47,924 nucleotides of DNA, taken from positions 1-47,924 of the forward strand of contig CAWVXU010000010.1 of NCBI GenBank assembly GCA_963934255.1. The letters run 5' to 3'. Shown in pieces: positions 17,607-27,075 of the stretch (positions are counted from its first letter, which is position 1; every line of letters starts with the position of its first letter). The DNA is from an uncultured Fibrobacterales bacterium. GTDB lineage: Bacteria; Fibrobacterota; Fibrobacteria; Fibrobacterales; CAWVXU01. The position numbers and the translations under genes were made by a program. The notes below the pieces were generated by a model. It saw only the letters and a list, made by a program, of their open reading frames with translations. It had not been told where the DNA came from and ran no database searches.

Positions 17607-19004
17607 ATGAGACTTTATATTGAAGATTTTGAAAATCTACAGGGGCAACTTTATCTCTTACTAGATTCCAGAAATCAAAGTGATTTGAACAAATGGATAA
17701 GCTCTCTTCAACCAGCTGATATTGCACTTCTCATTGAAGAAACGCCATCAAGCGACATCAAGTATAAAATTTTCAACTCAATTGATGATCATTCAGCTCA
17801 GCTTGAAGTGCTCTCATTTTTAGAAGGTGTCGCTGCTAGGCAGATAGCACAGCTCATTAAACCTGAAAAACTTGTTAGAATGATTGATCAGATGGCTCCA
17901 GATGAAGCTGTCGACTTTTTAGATGAGCTTTCTGATGAGGTTTCTCAAAAAGTCCTTTCTACTTTACCACTTGATTCAGCAAGTGAGCTTAGAGAGCTTG
18001 GTCGATATGAAGAAGGCACTGCCGGCTCCCTCATTACAACCGACTTTATTCATTGTATTGAAACAACCACTATTGGTGAGATTTTAATTGATCTTAGAGC
18101 AAATGCTGCTGAAATGGAGACTCTTGATACAGGCTTTATTTTAACTAGCTCCCAAAAAATCATGGGCATATTTTCACTTAAAGAAATTTTTAGTGGCAAT
18201 GAAAAAGACCCTATAAGTAAGTACATGCAAAAAGAGTATCTCCATGCAGAAGTGACTGATGATGTTTCAGAAATTTTACAAATATTTTCTCGACATTCTC
18301 TTAGTGTATTGCCAGTAGTCGATCACACGGGTGTTATGAAAGGTATTATTACAGCCGATGATATGATTGGTGTGGCTCAAGAGCAATCTGATGAAGATTT
18401 CTACCACATGGTCGGTACCACCGGAAACCCAACTGAGCGCAACATATTATCTCGAGTTCGACATCGTATGCCATGGCTTGCTAGTACCCTTTTGGGGGGT
18501 ATGTGCGCAGGTTGGATATTAAAGATATTTGCAGTGACATTAACTCAATACCCCATTTTAATGACCGGCCTTCCTTTCGTGATAGCGATGGCAGGCAATG
18601 TTGGCGTTCAAAGTGCTACTATTATTGTTCGTGAATTTGTCGCTCAAGACAGTACTACTGCTCATCTTAAAAAACAGATCTATTCTGAAATTAGTACAGC
18701 AATTGCTAATGCACTAGTGTTTAGTACCATAACCTTCGTGCTTATATTAGGATTGGCTTATACCCAAGGTTGGCCCATGCTCCCCGTAGCTTTATCTATA
18801 TCAATTGGGCTCTTTGTTGCTATGTGCTTTGCTGGCTTCATTGGCAGTACAGCCCCATTAGTATTTAAACGACTTGATATTGACCCCGCTATATCTTCAG
18901 GTCCTATTATCACAGTCACTACCGACATTGTCGGCTTAGCTATTTATCTTGGGTTTGCATCCTGGGTACTCAACTCGGCTGGAATTGAAACTTTGAGTTT
19001 ATAA
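17607..19004 (+). CDS. mgtE: Magnesium transporter MgtE
   Basis: MgtE N-domain, CBS pair (LPVVD..G...GIIT.DD), R.PWL, AGNVGVQS, DPAISSGPIITVTTDIVG. Confidence 0.96.
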   Translation: MRLYIEDFENLQGQLYLLLDSRNQSDLNKWISSLQPADIALLIEETPSSDIKYKIFNSIDDHSAQLEVLSFLEGVAARQIAQLIKPEKLVRMIDQMAPDEAVDFLDELSDEVSQKVLSTLPLDSASELRELGRYEEGTAGSLITTDFIHCIETTTIGEILIDLRANAAEMETLDTGFILTSSQKIMGIFSLKEIFSGNEKDPISKYMQKEYLHAEVTDDVSEILQIFSRHSLSVLPVVDHTGVMKGIITADDMIGVAQEQSDEDFYHMVGTTGNPTERNILSRVRHRMPWLASTLLGGMCAGWILKIFAVTLTQYPILMTGLPFVIAMAGNVGVQSATIIVREFVAQDSTTAHLKKQIYSEISTAIANALVFSTITFVLILGLAYTQGWPMLPVALSISIGLFVAMCFAGFIGSTAPLVFKRLDIDPAISSGPIITVTTDIVGLAIYLGFASWVLNSAGIETLSL

Positions 19005-19006
19005 TC

Positions 19007-21001
19007 ATGAGCCAAGTTCAACTTACACCTGAAATACTGGACGAACTTAAAACTCGTGCTGATCTAGTTGGTATTATAGGGAAATACATCCCCTTAAAAC
19101 CCGTCGGTGCTAAATTCATGGGTATTTGCCCCTTTCATCAAGATTCAAAGCCGAGTTTGAATGTAACTCCGAGTTTAGGGATATACAAATGCTTTGCTTG
19201 TGGGCATGGTGGCGATGTCATAAAATTTGTTCAAGAATATGAAAAAATTAGCTTCATTGAAGCCGTTATATCAGTTGCCAATCAATCAAATTTTTTCTTG
19301 CCACAAAAAGAAGAAACATCAGCGCAAAAAGAACATCGAAAAGCTATTACTGAACTTTCAGATATTAATAAAATGGCTCAGGAATATTTCCACCACTTAC
19401 TTCTACAAAATGAATCCGGCTTAGAATATTTTTCTAAGCGTGGTCTTACGCATGACACTATACGAACGTTTAAACTGGGTTGGGCCAAGGAATCTTGGGA
19501 TGCATTAATTAAACATGGCATGAGTAAAGGAGTATCTAAACCATCATTATTAAATGCAGGATTAATAGTTGAGGATAAAGCCAAGGGTAAAACTTGGGAT
19601 AAATTTAGGGGCCGAATCATGTTCCCTATTCACAACCCTTCCAACAAAACTATTGCCTTTGGTGGTCGCTCTTTAGATCCAAATAATAACGCTAAATACA
19701 TGAACTCACCTGAGACAAATCTTTATAAAAAAAGTGAAGTTCTCTATGGTTTAAATTTGAATCAAGATTCTATAAGAAAAAGTCAACAAGCAATATTCGT
19801 TGAAGGATATATGGATCTCATTCAGCTTTTTCAAGCTGGGATTCAAAACGTCGTTTGTGTAAGTGGGACCGCCTTAACACCACAACATTCACAAGTATTA
19901 AAACGCTACACGACAAATGCAGTCTTAGTTTTTGATGGTGATGTTGCAGGCCTAAATGCTGGTCATCGTTCAATTCCACACCTTTTAACGGCTGGGTTTC
20001 GTGTCAGTTTAGTAACTCTACCCGATGGTGAAGACCCTGATTCTTTCGTTAAAACAAAAGGCAAAACAGCCTTTCTCCAACAAGTTGAAGACTCTTCCAA
20101 CATTATTGAATTCACCCTCCAACGTCTAAATATTACAAAAGCTAGTTCACCAGAGGATCGTGCATCTGCAATCTCAGTAATACAAGAGTATCTGCAGCTC
20201 ATAGCTGAGCCCATACTTAGAGCAGAGTATTATCGTTTGGCTAGTCAGACACTTCAGATTGATGAAAAGCTTTTAAGAAAAGGCCCCTCAAAACCCGCTA
20301 AAAGCTTTTACCATTCAAAGCCAGTAAAACAAAATCATAACGAACCAATGATTGAGCCTTATTTTGAACCGATGAATGAGCCTTTTCAAAATGAACAAGA
20401 CTATTCAAATGAGTCAGACCAAAGCATTCCAAACTATGAGGCAAACAGTACTCAAATGAGGAATATTGGGGTTCCGCAACACCCTTATACTGCTAGTATT
20501 ACTCACCTGAATAAAAACGAACTTCACCTAGTGAAGCTCATTATTACTCATAAAAATATTATTGAATTTGCCGCTCAATTTTTAGATCTAAATGTTTTAA
20601 CTTCTGACTTACTAGTAGAGCTTATTGACTTGGCTTTTATAGCATTTGAAAAAGATGGCTCACTCAAGTTAAAGAAGTTTTTCCTTACTTTAAGTCCTCC
20701 ACTTCAGAATATTATCGAACACCTTAAAGTCGATGAGTATTTAAAAGACTATGATTATTCTTATGACTACTTTCAGGTCTTGTTAACTTTAGAATCACAA
20801 AAAATATCCGCCTCCTATCAGTCCAAAGTATTGAAAAACCCCAAAACGTCAGAAGATATACTTGAACTTCAGACTCTAATGATACTCAGACAAAAAATGG
20901 CTGCGCTGTTAAAAGTGGCTCAAGGTGAAGATGAAGATATTGAAGTAATTTTCACTGGCTATAGTGACCTCATCAATCAAAACAAAAATGACCCTCAATA
21001 A
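19007..21001 (+). CDS. dnaG: DNA primase
   Basis: CPFH...KCFACG zinc finger, FRGRIMFPI, FGGR, KYMNSPET, EGYMD, DGD.AG, DPD. Confidence 0.98.
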   Translation: MSQVQLTPEILDELKTRADLVGIIGKYIPLKPVGAKFMGICPFHQDSKPSLNVTPSLGIYKCFACGHGGDVIKFVQEYEKISFIEAVISVANQSNFFLPQKEETSAQKEHRKAITELSDINKMAQEYFHHLLLQNESGLEYFSKRGLTHDTIRTFKLGWAKESWDALIKHGMSKGVSKPSLLNAGLIVEDKAKGKTWDKFRGRIMFPIHNPSNKTIAFGGRSLDPNNNAKYMNSPETNLYKKSEVLYGLNLNQDSIRKSQQAIFVEGYMDLIQLFQAGIQNVVCVSGTALTPQHSQVLKRYTTNAVLVFDGDVAGLNAGHRSIPHLLTAGFRVSLVTLPDGEDPDSFVKTKGKTAFLQQVEDSSNIIEFTLQRLNITKASSPEDRASAISVIQEYLQLIAEPILRAEYYRLASQTLQIDEKLLRKGPSKPAKSFYHSKPVKQNHNEPMIEPYFEPMNEPFQNEQDYSNESDQSIPNYEANSTQMRNIGVPQHPYTASITHLNKNELHLVKLIITHKNIIEFAAQFLDLNVLTSDLLVELIDLAFIAFEKDGSLKLKKFFLTLSPPLQNIIEHLKVDEYLKDYDYSYDYFQVLLTLESQKISASYQSKVLKNPKTSEDILELQTLMILRQKMAALLKVAQGEDEDIEVIFTGYSDLINQNKNDPQ

Positions 21002-21019
21002 TCAATATTGAGAGTCATT
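20980..21019 (-). terminator. Intrinsic terminator, probably of the minus-strand lipoprotein gene, overlapping the dnaG stop
   Basis: 14-bp stem 20987-21000/21006-21019; its one mismatch is a G-U pair on the minus strand, followed by U-rich sequence. Confidence 0.65.
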
Positions 21020-21046
21020 CAACTATCCCTTAAAAATAGAGTAGTA

Positions 21047-21448
21047 TTATTGCTTGGGTGGATTACCGCCATAGCGGTCACCTTGAATATCAGTTACAAT
21101 TTTATGCATTTGATTCAGGATTAATTGCTCTGCATCAAAAACAACACTAGTGATTATTTCACCTTCATTAGTGACATATTCCCAATTCTTATTTTCATTG
21201 AATTCACGATCTGGTGGTCCCCAAAGTAAAAACACCATTTCTTGAGTCATGCCTTCTACAACATAACCTTCCATGAATGTTTTTTTGATGGAAGAGGATA
21301 GACCATACCCTTCTTGCTTAACCTGATATTCCCGTTCGTATACAGGAACACCTCGCTCAATTAAGACTGGGCTTGAATGTTTTGAACATCCGATAACAGA
21401 AGCTAAAAGCGCTACCGAGACTATAATTTTTTTAAAAGAAAGTTTCAT
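21047..21448 (-). CDS. Lipoprotein with SmpA/BamE-like motif
   Basis: Lipobox-like VIGC; GMTQEMV...WGPPD...WEY pattern. Confidence 0.7.
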   Translation of the reverse strand: MKLSFKKIIVSVALLASVIGCSKHSSPVLIERGVPVYEREYQVKQEGYGLSSSIKKTFMEGYVVEGMTQEMVFLLWGPPDREFNENKNWEYVTNEGEIITSVVFDAEQLILNQMHKIVTDIQGDRYGGNPPKQ

Positions 21449-21537
21449 TTCTCAAATTCCCAAAAAATAGATTTTCAAGTTGTTTTAAACTTATCTAATT
21501 ATTTATGAAGGTGTCACAATTTTCTACATTCTTTGCA

Positions 21538-22479
21538 ATGAAGTTACTTTATATCTATATATTTATCTGCTTAAGCTCAATTTGGGCTTATACTGATCTG
21601 GATTTTGTTCGAAATCACAATTTCGGTACGAATCTCAGCCAAGAATTCCAAGTGCAAAGCCCTAACCAATTAGGTCAAGGTATTATTAAGGCACGTTACC
21701 AGTTAGCCCTGGACTGGATCGAACCTGTTTTCGAACCAAACAGTGTCTTACTCTCGAGTTCTTCAACCTATCTGAGGTCTAAGTCATCAATTGAGACAAC
21801 TCCCTATTACGCTCAAATCAAAACAGGTCTAGGAGTTCAACCTATTCCTTTAATTGAGCTATCTATTCATTACTCCAATTTACTGTTTTATGGTTCTTCG
21901 GTAAGCTTGCCACTTGATAATAAATATTGGGATGAATCAACGATAAGAGCTCATGATTTTATGAATTCTGGCTATGATGTGATACAAACCCTTCACATTG
22001 TATATAGACTGCATTATGACAACCAACACTTTAAATCCGTAATTTCAATAGACCACCAGTTGATTGATATCAAAATTAAAGATCGTACCTATTTATACGA
22101 TTACTCAAGAGAAATCCCTATATACCCTCGTGATGATTTGTTTGAACTATCGAGCTCGGTTGCTTGGATACAATCTCCTCTACTCAATATATTCCTACAA
22201 AACAAATTTCTTCTCACCAAATTTGAGGGTGATTTTTCCAAACTCTTTAATCCCGGGCAAACTGATGGCAAACCAATATTGTATCGTAATGACACCCAAT
22301 TAGGCTTCAGCTACTGCAACAGCAAACACATAAAGAAAAAGAACCTCTCTATCTATTGGTTGGGATATAGCGAACAATCAGGAGGGCCTGCCTTGAATTT
22401 TATCCAAAAGTTGAATATTGGGTTTTCGTATCAGAGCCAAATCAACTTTAAAGAATTTAGGCTTCAAGATTTAAAATGA
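21538..22479 (+). CDS. Exported hypothetical protein, possibly outer-membrane beta-rich
   Basis: Signal peptide MKLLYIYIFICLSSIWA; alternating-residue beta-like segments; start 21538 preferred over 21505. Confidence 0.6.
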   Translation: MKLLYIYIFICLSSIWAYTDLDFVRNHNFGTNLSQEFQVQSPNQLGQGIIKARYQLALDWIEPVFEPNSVLLSSSSTYLRSKSSIETTPYYAQIKTGLGVQPIPLIELSIHYSNLLFYGSSVSLPLDNKYWDESTIRAHDFMNSGYDVIQTLHIVYRLHYDNQHFKSVISIDHQLIDIKIKDRTYLYDYSREIPIYPRDDLFELSSSVAWIQSPLLNIFLQNKFLLTKFEGDFSKLFNPGQTDGKPILYRNDTQLGFSYCNSKHIKKKNLSIYWLGYSEQSGGPALNFIQKLNIGFSYQSQINFKEFRLQDLK

Positions 22480-22518
22480 TTTGCCATAAGGACATTCTTT
22501 GCCTTACTCTTATTAAAG

Positions 22519-23226
22519 CTACTTTTCAATAATAATCGTTATTTCTTTTCGATTTACTCGTAAGGCTGTCATCGTTAAACGTCCCCAATTATATTCATCT
22601 TCAACATCGATATAATTAGGAATTTGAACTTTTTTCTTATTAATAAAATACTCTGAGTAAGCTTTTATATGCCATTTTTTCCAACTCTTATTTCTCCAAT
22701 CATATAATTGATATCCGTGTTTATTAAGTAGGGGTTTCACATTGGAATAGGTAATCAACGAATCTTTTAAGAATAAAGAATCTTGCGTCTGAGATCGTGG
22801 ACAAAAAAAAGATCTAGAGCGTAAAATTTTGAAGTCTTCAATCATGAGCGGAGACTCCATAACTCTTTCTCTCAAATGGTGAAGCGCTAGTTGCCTAGGG
22901 ACATGATAATCACCTAGTTCAACATACTGTTCATTATCTTTAAAAACATAAATTTCTTTTTTATCCGACTTAATTACTTGAGCCACCAACAAATGTGGCG
23001 TTTGACGAACATGTATATCCATCTCTTGCGGTAAACCTTCTCGATTCACATACTCAAATTGCCAACTTAATTGACTAGAGCTAATATTACACAATACTGG
23101 ATTAAACTTATCTTCAACTGAAGTTATTTCCTGTGAAAATGCTATGGTAGATAAACTCAAAAAGAGGACCATAAAAAGTTGACTAATATTTTTTGAGCTC
23201 AAAGTAAAATCAAAAGATAATGGCAT
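22519..23226 (-). CDS. Exported hypothetical protein (weak resemblance to LolA-like sorting proteins)
   Basis: Signal-like segment ending IAFS; the track start at 23304 falls inside a terminator hairpin, so ATG 23226 is preferred. Confidence 0.55.
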   Translation of the reverse strand: MPLSFDFTLSSKNISQLFMVLFLSLSTIAFSQEITSVEDKFNPVLCNISSSQLSWQFEYVNREGLPQEMDIHVRQTPHLLVAQVIKSDKKEIYVFKDNEQYVELGDYHVPRQLALHHLRERVMESPLMIEDFKILRSRSFFCPRSQTQDSLFLKDSLITYSNVKPLLNKHGYQLYDWRNKSWKKWHIKAYSEYFINKKKVQIPNYIDVEDEYNWGRLTMTALRVNRKEITIIIEK

Positions 23227-23266
23227 GAAAAGACCTTCAATACTTGCGTTTGACTTTATTTTAGAT

Positions 23267-23318
23267 AAAAATAAAGAACCCTGTTTCTCAATATAACCAT
23301 CCATCAGAGAAACAGGGT
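23267..23318 (-). terminator. Intrinsic terminator
   Basis: Perfect 12-bp inverted repeat accctgtttctc (23278-23289)/gagaaacagggt (23307-23318) followed on the minus strand by TCTTTATTTTT. Confidence 0.8.
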
Positions 23319-23417
23319 AGAATTACAGCGGCATCGTCAAAAGCCCCTGCAAATTTATTTCTAACCCGACTTATAGGACCAGATTAAGTCCTGTCATCTA
23401 GGCCATCAATTGCACAT
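23267..23417 (-). ncRNA. Candidate ~150-nt structured sRNA or leader RNA, family unassigned
   Basis: Bounded by a sigma70-like promoter and a terminator; nested stems; no convincing ORF. Confidence 0.4.
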
Positions 23418-23423
23418 TTAATT

Positions 23424-23452
23424 AAACTACAACCCCCAGCCTTGAAAGTCAA
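23424..23452 (-). promoter_or_regulatory. Sigma70-like promoter TTGACT-N17-TAGTTT
   Basis: -35 at 23452-23447, -10 at 23429-23424, exact 17-nt spacer. Confidence 0.55.
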
Positions 23453-23519
23453 ATACCGACTTTCAAAACTTTAAGCTTTTATTGAAACAAGCTTGACGAT
23501 TATAATGGACTTATTGGAT

Positions 23520-24608
23520 CTATGATTCAGCCGCAGCAACATCAGCAAGTTCAATCATATCATCCTCATCCATTGCCACATTTTCCTTTTTCATCGCTTC
23601 ACGAACTCGAACTTCAATTTCTTTACAAAGCTCTGTATTTTCTTTAAGGAACTGACGAGCATTTTCACGGCCTTGGCCAATTCGTTCTGACCCATAAGAG
23701 AACCAAGATCCTGATTTTTGAACAATCTCTAGCTCAACACCCAAGTCAATTAATGACCCTTCATGAGAGATACCTTCACCATACAGAATATCAAACTCAC
23801 ATTGAGTAAATGGCGCCGCCACTTTATTCTTAACCACTTTAACACGAGTTCGATTACCCTTGACTTCTTCTCCATCTTTTAAAGCAGCAATTCGACGAAT
23901 ATCTAAACGCTGTGATGCGTAGAATTTCAAGGCATTACCACCGGTAGTAGTCTCTGGGTTACCAAACATGACACCAATTTTCATACGAAGCTGATTAATG
24001 AATATCAAACATGTATTTGATTTGTTAATGATACCTGTTAGTTTACGAAGAGCTTGAGACATCAAACGTGCTTGTAAACCAACATGAGAATCACCCATCT
24101 CACCATTAATTTCAGCTTGTGGAACAAGCGCAGCTACTGAGTCAACAACAATCAGGTCAATTGCACCGGAACGAACTAATGTCTCAACAATATCAAGCGC
24201 TTGTTCACCCGACTCTGGCTGAGCGACCAATAAATTTTCAATATTAATACCCAAATTGCGTGCATAAACTGCGTCAAAAGCATGCTCAGCATCAATAAAT
24301 GCAGCAACTCCACCGGCTTTTTGTGCTTCTGCAATAGCATGAAGTGTCAGAGTCGTCTTACCTGACGACTCAGGGCCGTATATTTCAACGATACGCCCCT
24401 GAGGAAACCCACCCACTCCAAGTGCTAGATCCAACTGTATACAGCCAGTTGGGATGACAGGAACAGTTGTGTTCGGTTTATTTCCCAAAGTCATAATAGC
24501 ACCTTTACCGTGTGCTTTTTCGATTTGAGCCATTGCAGATTCTACTGCTTTTAATTTTTCACCACTCGCAAGTTGTGTAGACGATGTTTTGGTAGGTTTT
24601 TTAGCCAT
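23520..24608 (-). CDS. recA: Recombinase RecA
   Basis: [64 protein letters not shown]. Confidence 0.99.
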   Translation of the reverse strand: MAKKPTKTSSTQLASGEKLKAVESAMAQIEKAHGKGAIMTLGNKPNTTVPVIPTGCIQLDLALGVGGFPQGRIVEIYGPESSGKTTLTLHAIAEAQKAGGVAAFIDAEHAFDAVYARNLGINIENLLVAQPESGEQALDIVETLVRSGAIDLIVVDSVAALVPQAEINGEMGDSHVGLQARLMSQALRKLTGIINKSNTCLIFINQLRMKIGVMFGNPETTTGGNALKFYASQRLDIRRIAALKDGEEVKGNRTRVKVVKNKVAAPFTQCEFDILYGEGISHEGSLIDLGVELEIVQKSGSWFSYGSERIGQGRENARQFLKENTELCKEIEVRVREAMKKENVAMDEDDMIELADVAAAES

Positions 24609-24651
24609 GATGGATGCCTTTTCTATTATTTGTTTAAAAGTTATTAACTAC

Positions 24652-24665
24652 TGCACATCTGTTCA
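24652..24665. promoter_or_regulatory. Putative LexA (SOS) box upstream of recA
   Basis: TGCAC-ATCT-GTTCA, one mismatch to the Fibrobacter-type TGCNC-N4-GTGCA motif, 43 nt upstream of the recA start. Confidence 0.6.
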
Positions 24666-24735
24666 AGTGTTTTTTTGTTCACTATAAAAATAGTGCTCAA
24701 GTTAGTGCTCAAAACCGATGTTTCAATTTAAAATC

Positions 24736-26004
24736 TTATCTGATCAGCATTCGTCTAAGAAAATCCAAAGCATACCATGCACTTCGCTCTCTTACTTCTT
24801 CACGCTGTCCTATGAGACGCTTAGTCTCTGTATAAAGCTTTCCTTTTATATATAGACCAAAACAAATGGTCCCCACAGGCTTGTGATCTGTGCCACCACT
24901 AGGTCCTGCGATACCGCTAATGCTCACGGCAATATCCGTTTTAAGTAGTTGCGCTACACCAAGGGCCATTTCAGCGACTGTTTCTTCAGAAACTGCGCCA
25001 TACTCTTCAAGTACATAGGGCTTGACCCCGAGTTGATTCATCTTGACTTCATTAGAGTAGGACTGAATCCCACCTTCATACCATTGACTACTGCCAGCTG
25101 TTTGAGTTAACACAAACCCCAATAGTCCTGATGTGCAAGACTCAGCTGTTGAAATTTTCAAATGGTGTTCAATGAGATAACTCTCAATATATTGAAGTAA
25201 AGGAGCTTTACCCACAATCACCTCTGGATAAACATCAGATATAAGTGCTTGAAGGTTTGTATTCACTAGATCGACAAGTTGCACTGATTTATCTCTAGCC
25301 GCAGGTGTATTTTCTGACCACATAGAAAGTCTCACCAATAACCCCGAACGGGATGGTAAGCTGGCAAAAATAACTCCATAAGGTATTTCATAATCTTTAA
25401 AAACTTCTGTTTGACGACTTTCACCTAGACCAAAAGAATAGAACTCTCTTTGAATAAGCACCAATGGTTGATCTGCTAAAAGCTTATCAATAATTTGATT
25501 TTTCACCATTTTCAAGCATTCGTAGGGAACACCTGGTACACAGCAAATGAGCAGGTTTTGATTGTCCATATCTGGTATTGAATGATTTAAATAAAAGCCC
25601 ATTGCTGTACCATGTGGATTGGGCAATAACTTAGCTGCTTGAGGGAAATACGCTTGGATGATATTTACTTCTCGCATTGAAGTAAAACGATCACCAAATA
25701 TTGTTTGTAGATGAGCCTCTGCTTCAGGAAACAATACAAGCTCACTGTCACTCCATTGAGCTACTATTTCACGAGTCATATCATCGGGTGTGGGACCGAG
25801 TCCGCCTGTGATAACTACTAAATCAGTGCTAGCTGATAGGTGATTGAGTGATTGAATGAGAGAATCCGCATCATCAGCGAGCACTCTCACTTCTGTAATT
25901 TCAACACCTATTTGATTAAAATCAAGGGCCATTTGAGTTGCATTTGTATTGACTGTTCTCCCGTTAAGGAGTTCGTTACCGATATTAAGTATTGTTGCTT
26001 TCAT
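24736..26004 (-). CDS. cinA: CinA-family protein (MoCF-like domain + NMN deamidase PncC)
   Basis: IGNELLNG...TN, TGGLGPTPDDMT, PGVP.E, AESCTSG, YGAVSEE, GIAGP.GG; upstream of recA. Confidence 0.95.
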   Translation of the reverse strand: MKATILNIGNELLNGRTVNTNATQMALDFNQIGVEITEVRVLADDADSLIQSLNHLSASTDLVVITGGLGPTPDDMTREIVAQWSDSELVLFPEAEAHLQTIFGDRFTSMREVNIIQAYFPQAAKLLPNPHGTAMGFYLNHSIPDMDNQNLLICCVPGVPYECLKMVKNQIIDKLLADQPLVLIQREFYSFGLGESRQTEVFKDYEIPYGVIFASLPSRSGLLVRLSMWSENTPAARDKSVQLVDLVNTNLQALISDVYPEVIVGKAPLLQYIESYLIEHHLKISTAESCTSGLLGFVLTQTAGSSQWYEGGIQSYSNEVKMNQLGVKPYVLEEYGAVSEETVAEMALGVAQLLKTDIAVSISGIAGPSGGTDHKPVGTICFGLYIKGKLYTETKRLIGQREEVRERSAWYALDFLRRMLIR

Positions 26005-26027
26005 GTTATAAAAGATAGCTCACTCTA

Positions 26028-26046
26028 TGTGACAAAAATTGTCACA
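26028..26046. promoter_or_regulatory. Palindromic operator candidate in the divergent cinA/DUF5683 intergenic region
   Basis: TGTGACAA-AAA-TTGTCACA perfect 8-bp inverted repeat. Confidence 0.4.
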
Positions 26047-26112
26047 ATGATGATTTTTTCATTCAATAATATGAAAAAAGGTTTATTTAGCTCAAATTTC
26101 TATTTTCACGCT

Positions 26113-27054
26113 ATGCGCAGTTACCAATTAATCGCCATTTTGCTCATAAGCTTTGTTGTGAAGGGATTTTCCCAATCAGGTATTCCTGCGATTGATACTT
26201 TGCCAATGCATGCTTGGGATATTTCAACGCCTCACAAATCAAAACCAATGGCTTTGGGGCTTGCAGTACTGACTCCTGGTGGCGGCCATTATTATACAGA
26301 GCACTATGTTCGTGCCGGCTTTATAACTGGCATCCAGTCGTATCTCTTATTTGAAATATTTTCAAACTATGATTTACGAATTGAGCAGAGATCCACTAAT
26401 TCTAAATACTTTGTTTCTGAAGCCACTCGATATGCGGACTCCTTAGCTCTGCACTTTACGGATGCATCAAGCTTGGTATATGCAGACCAAGTTCGGGAGA
26501 ATTTAGAAAGTGCAAGAATTGAAAATGATTTTATAGCCGAAGCTTACGGCCTACGCAGGTCTCAAATCGCTTGGATGTCTGGTATGCATCTCTATTCTGT
26601 TTTGGATGTTTATGGAATCCTATATCACAAAGGTGGGCGAATTTATGAGGAGAAGTCAGCACTTAGTGCGCTTTGGCGGGCAGCTCTGATACCAGGTTGG
26701 GGCCAAATCTATAATCGAGAATATGGTAAAGCAGGGCTTCTGTGGATGTCAATGATCGGCTCTTATGCTAGTTTCCATGCAAGACAAGAGACCGTTGAAT
26801 ATTACTTAGAAAGACTCAGGACTGCTCGTGCAGAAAATGACACTTTTTCTCTAGCGGCAATGGAAGAAAAAGTTGTCTTTTTTAGAAAAAAACGAAATCA
26901 ATATATCTGGGGACCGTTTCTATTTTACATCTACTCATTAGCTGATGCTTCAGTGGATGCATTATTAAGTGACTTCGATAGTCCGGTAAATATGACGCTT
27001 GTTCCGATGCCAATGGACCCTGGTTTGAGTCTAGAATTTGCATGGAATTTTTAA
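26113..27054 (+). CDS. Exported/membrane protein with two DUF5683-like repeats
   Basis: Signal peptide from ATG 26113; KSKPMALGLAVLTPGGGHYY and KSALSALWRAALIPGWGQIYNREYGK; C-terminal aromatic (FAWNF). The track start at 25852 overlaps cinA and is rejected. Confidence 0.75.
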   Translation: MRSYQLIAILLISFVVKGFSQSGIPAIDTLPMHAWDISTPHKSKPMALGLAVLTPGGGHYYTEHYVRAGFITGIQSYLLFEIFSNYDLRIEQRSTNSKYFVSEATRYADSLALHFTDASSLVYADQVRENLESARIENDFIAEAYGLRRSQIAWMSGMHLYSVLDVYGILYHKGGRIYEEKSALSALWRAALIPGWGQIYNREYGKAGLLWMSMIGSYASFHARQETVEYYLERLRTARAENDTFSLAAMEEKVVFFRKKRNQYIWGPFLFYIYSLADASVDALLSDFDSPVNMTLVPMPMDPGLSLEFAWNF

Positions 27055-27075
27055 AATCAGACTTGATTATCTGAC

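Noticed and set aside
23320..23420. tmRNA, SRP RNA, tRNA-Sec or c-di-GMP/fluoride riboswitch
   Set aside because: No tRNA-like ends, no ALAA-type tag, no SRP helix-8 motif, no riboswitch consensus recognised
24661..24680. Alphaproteobacterial SOS box GTTC-N7-GTTC
   Set aside because: Spacing here is 12 nt
25852..26112. N-terminal extension of the 400-aa ORF
   Set aside because: Overlaps cinA on the opposite strand; the signal peptide begins at ATG 26113
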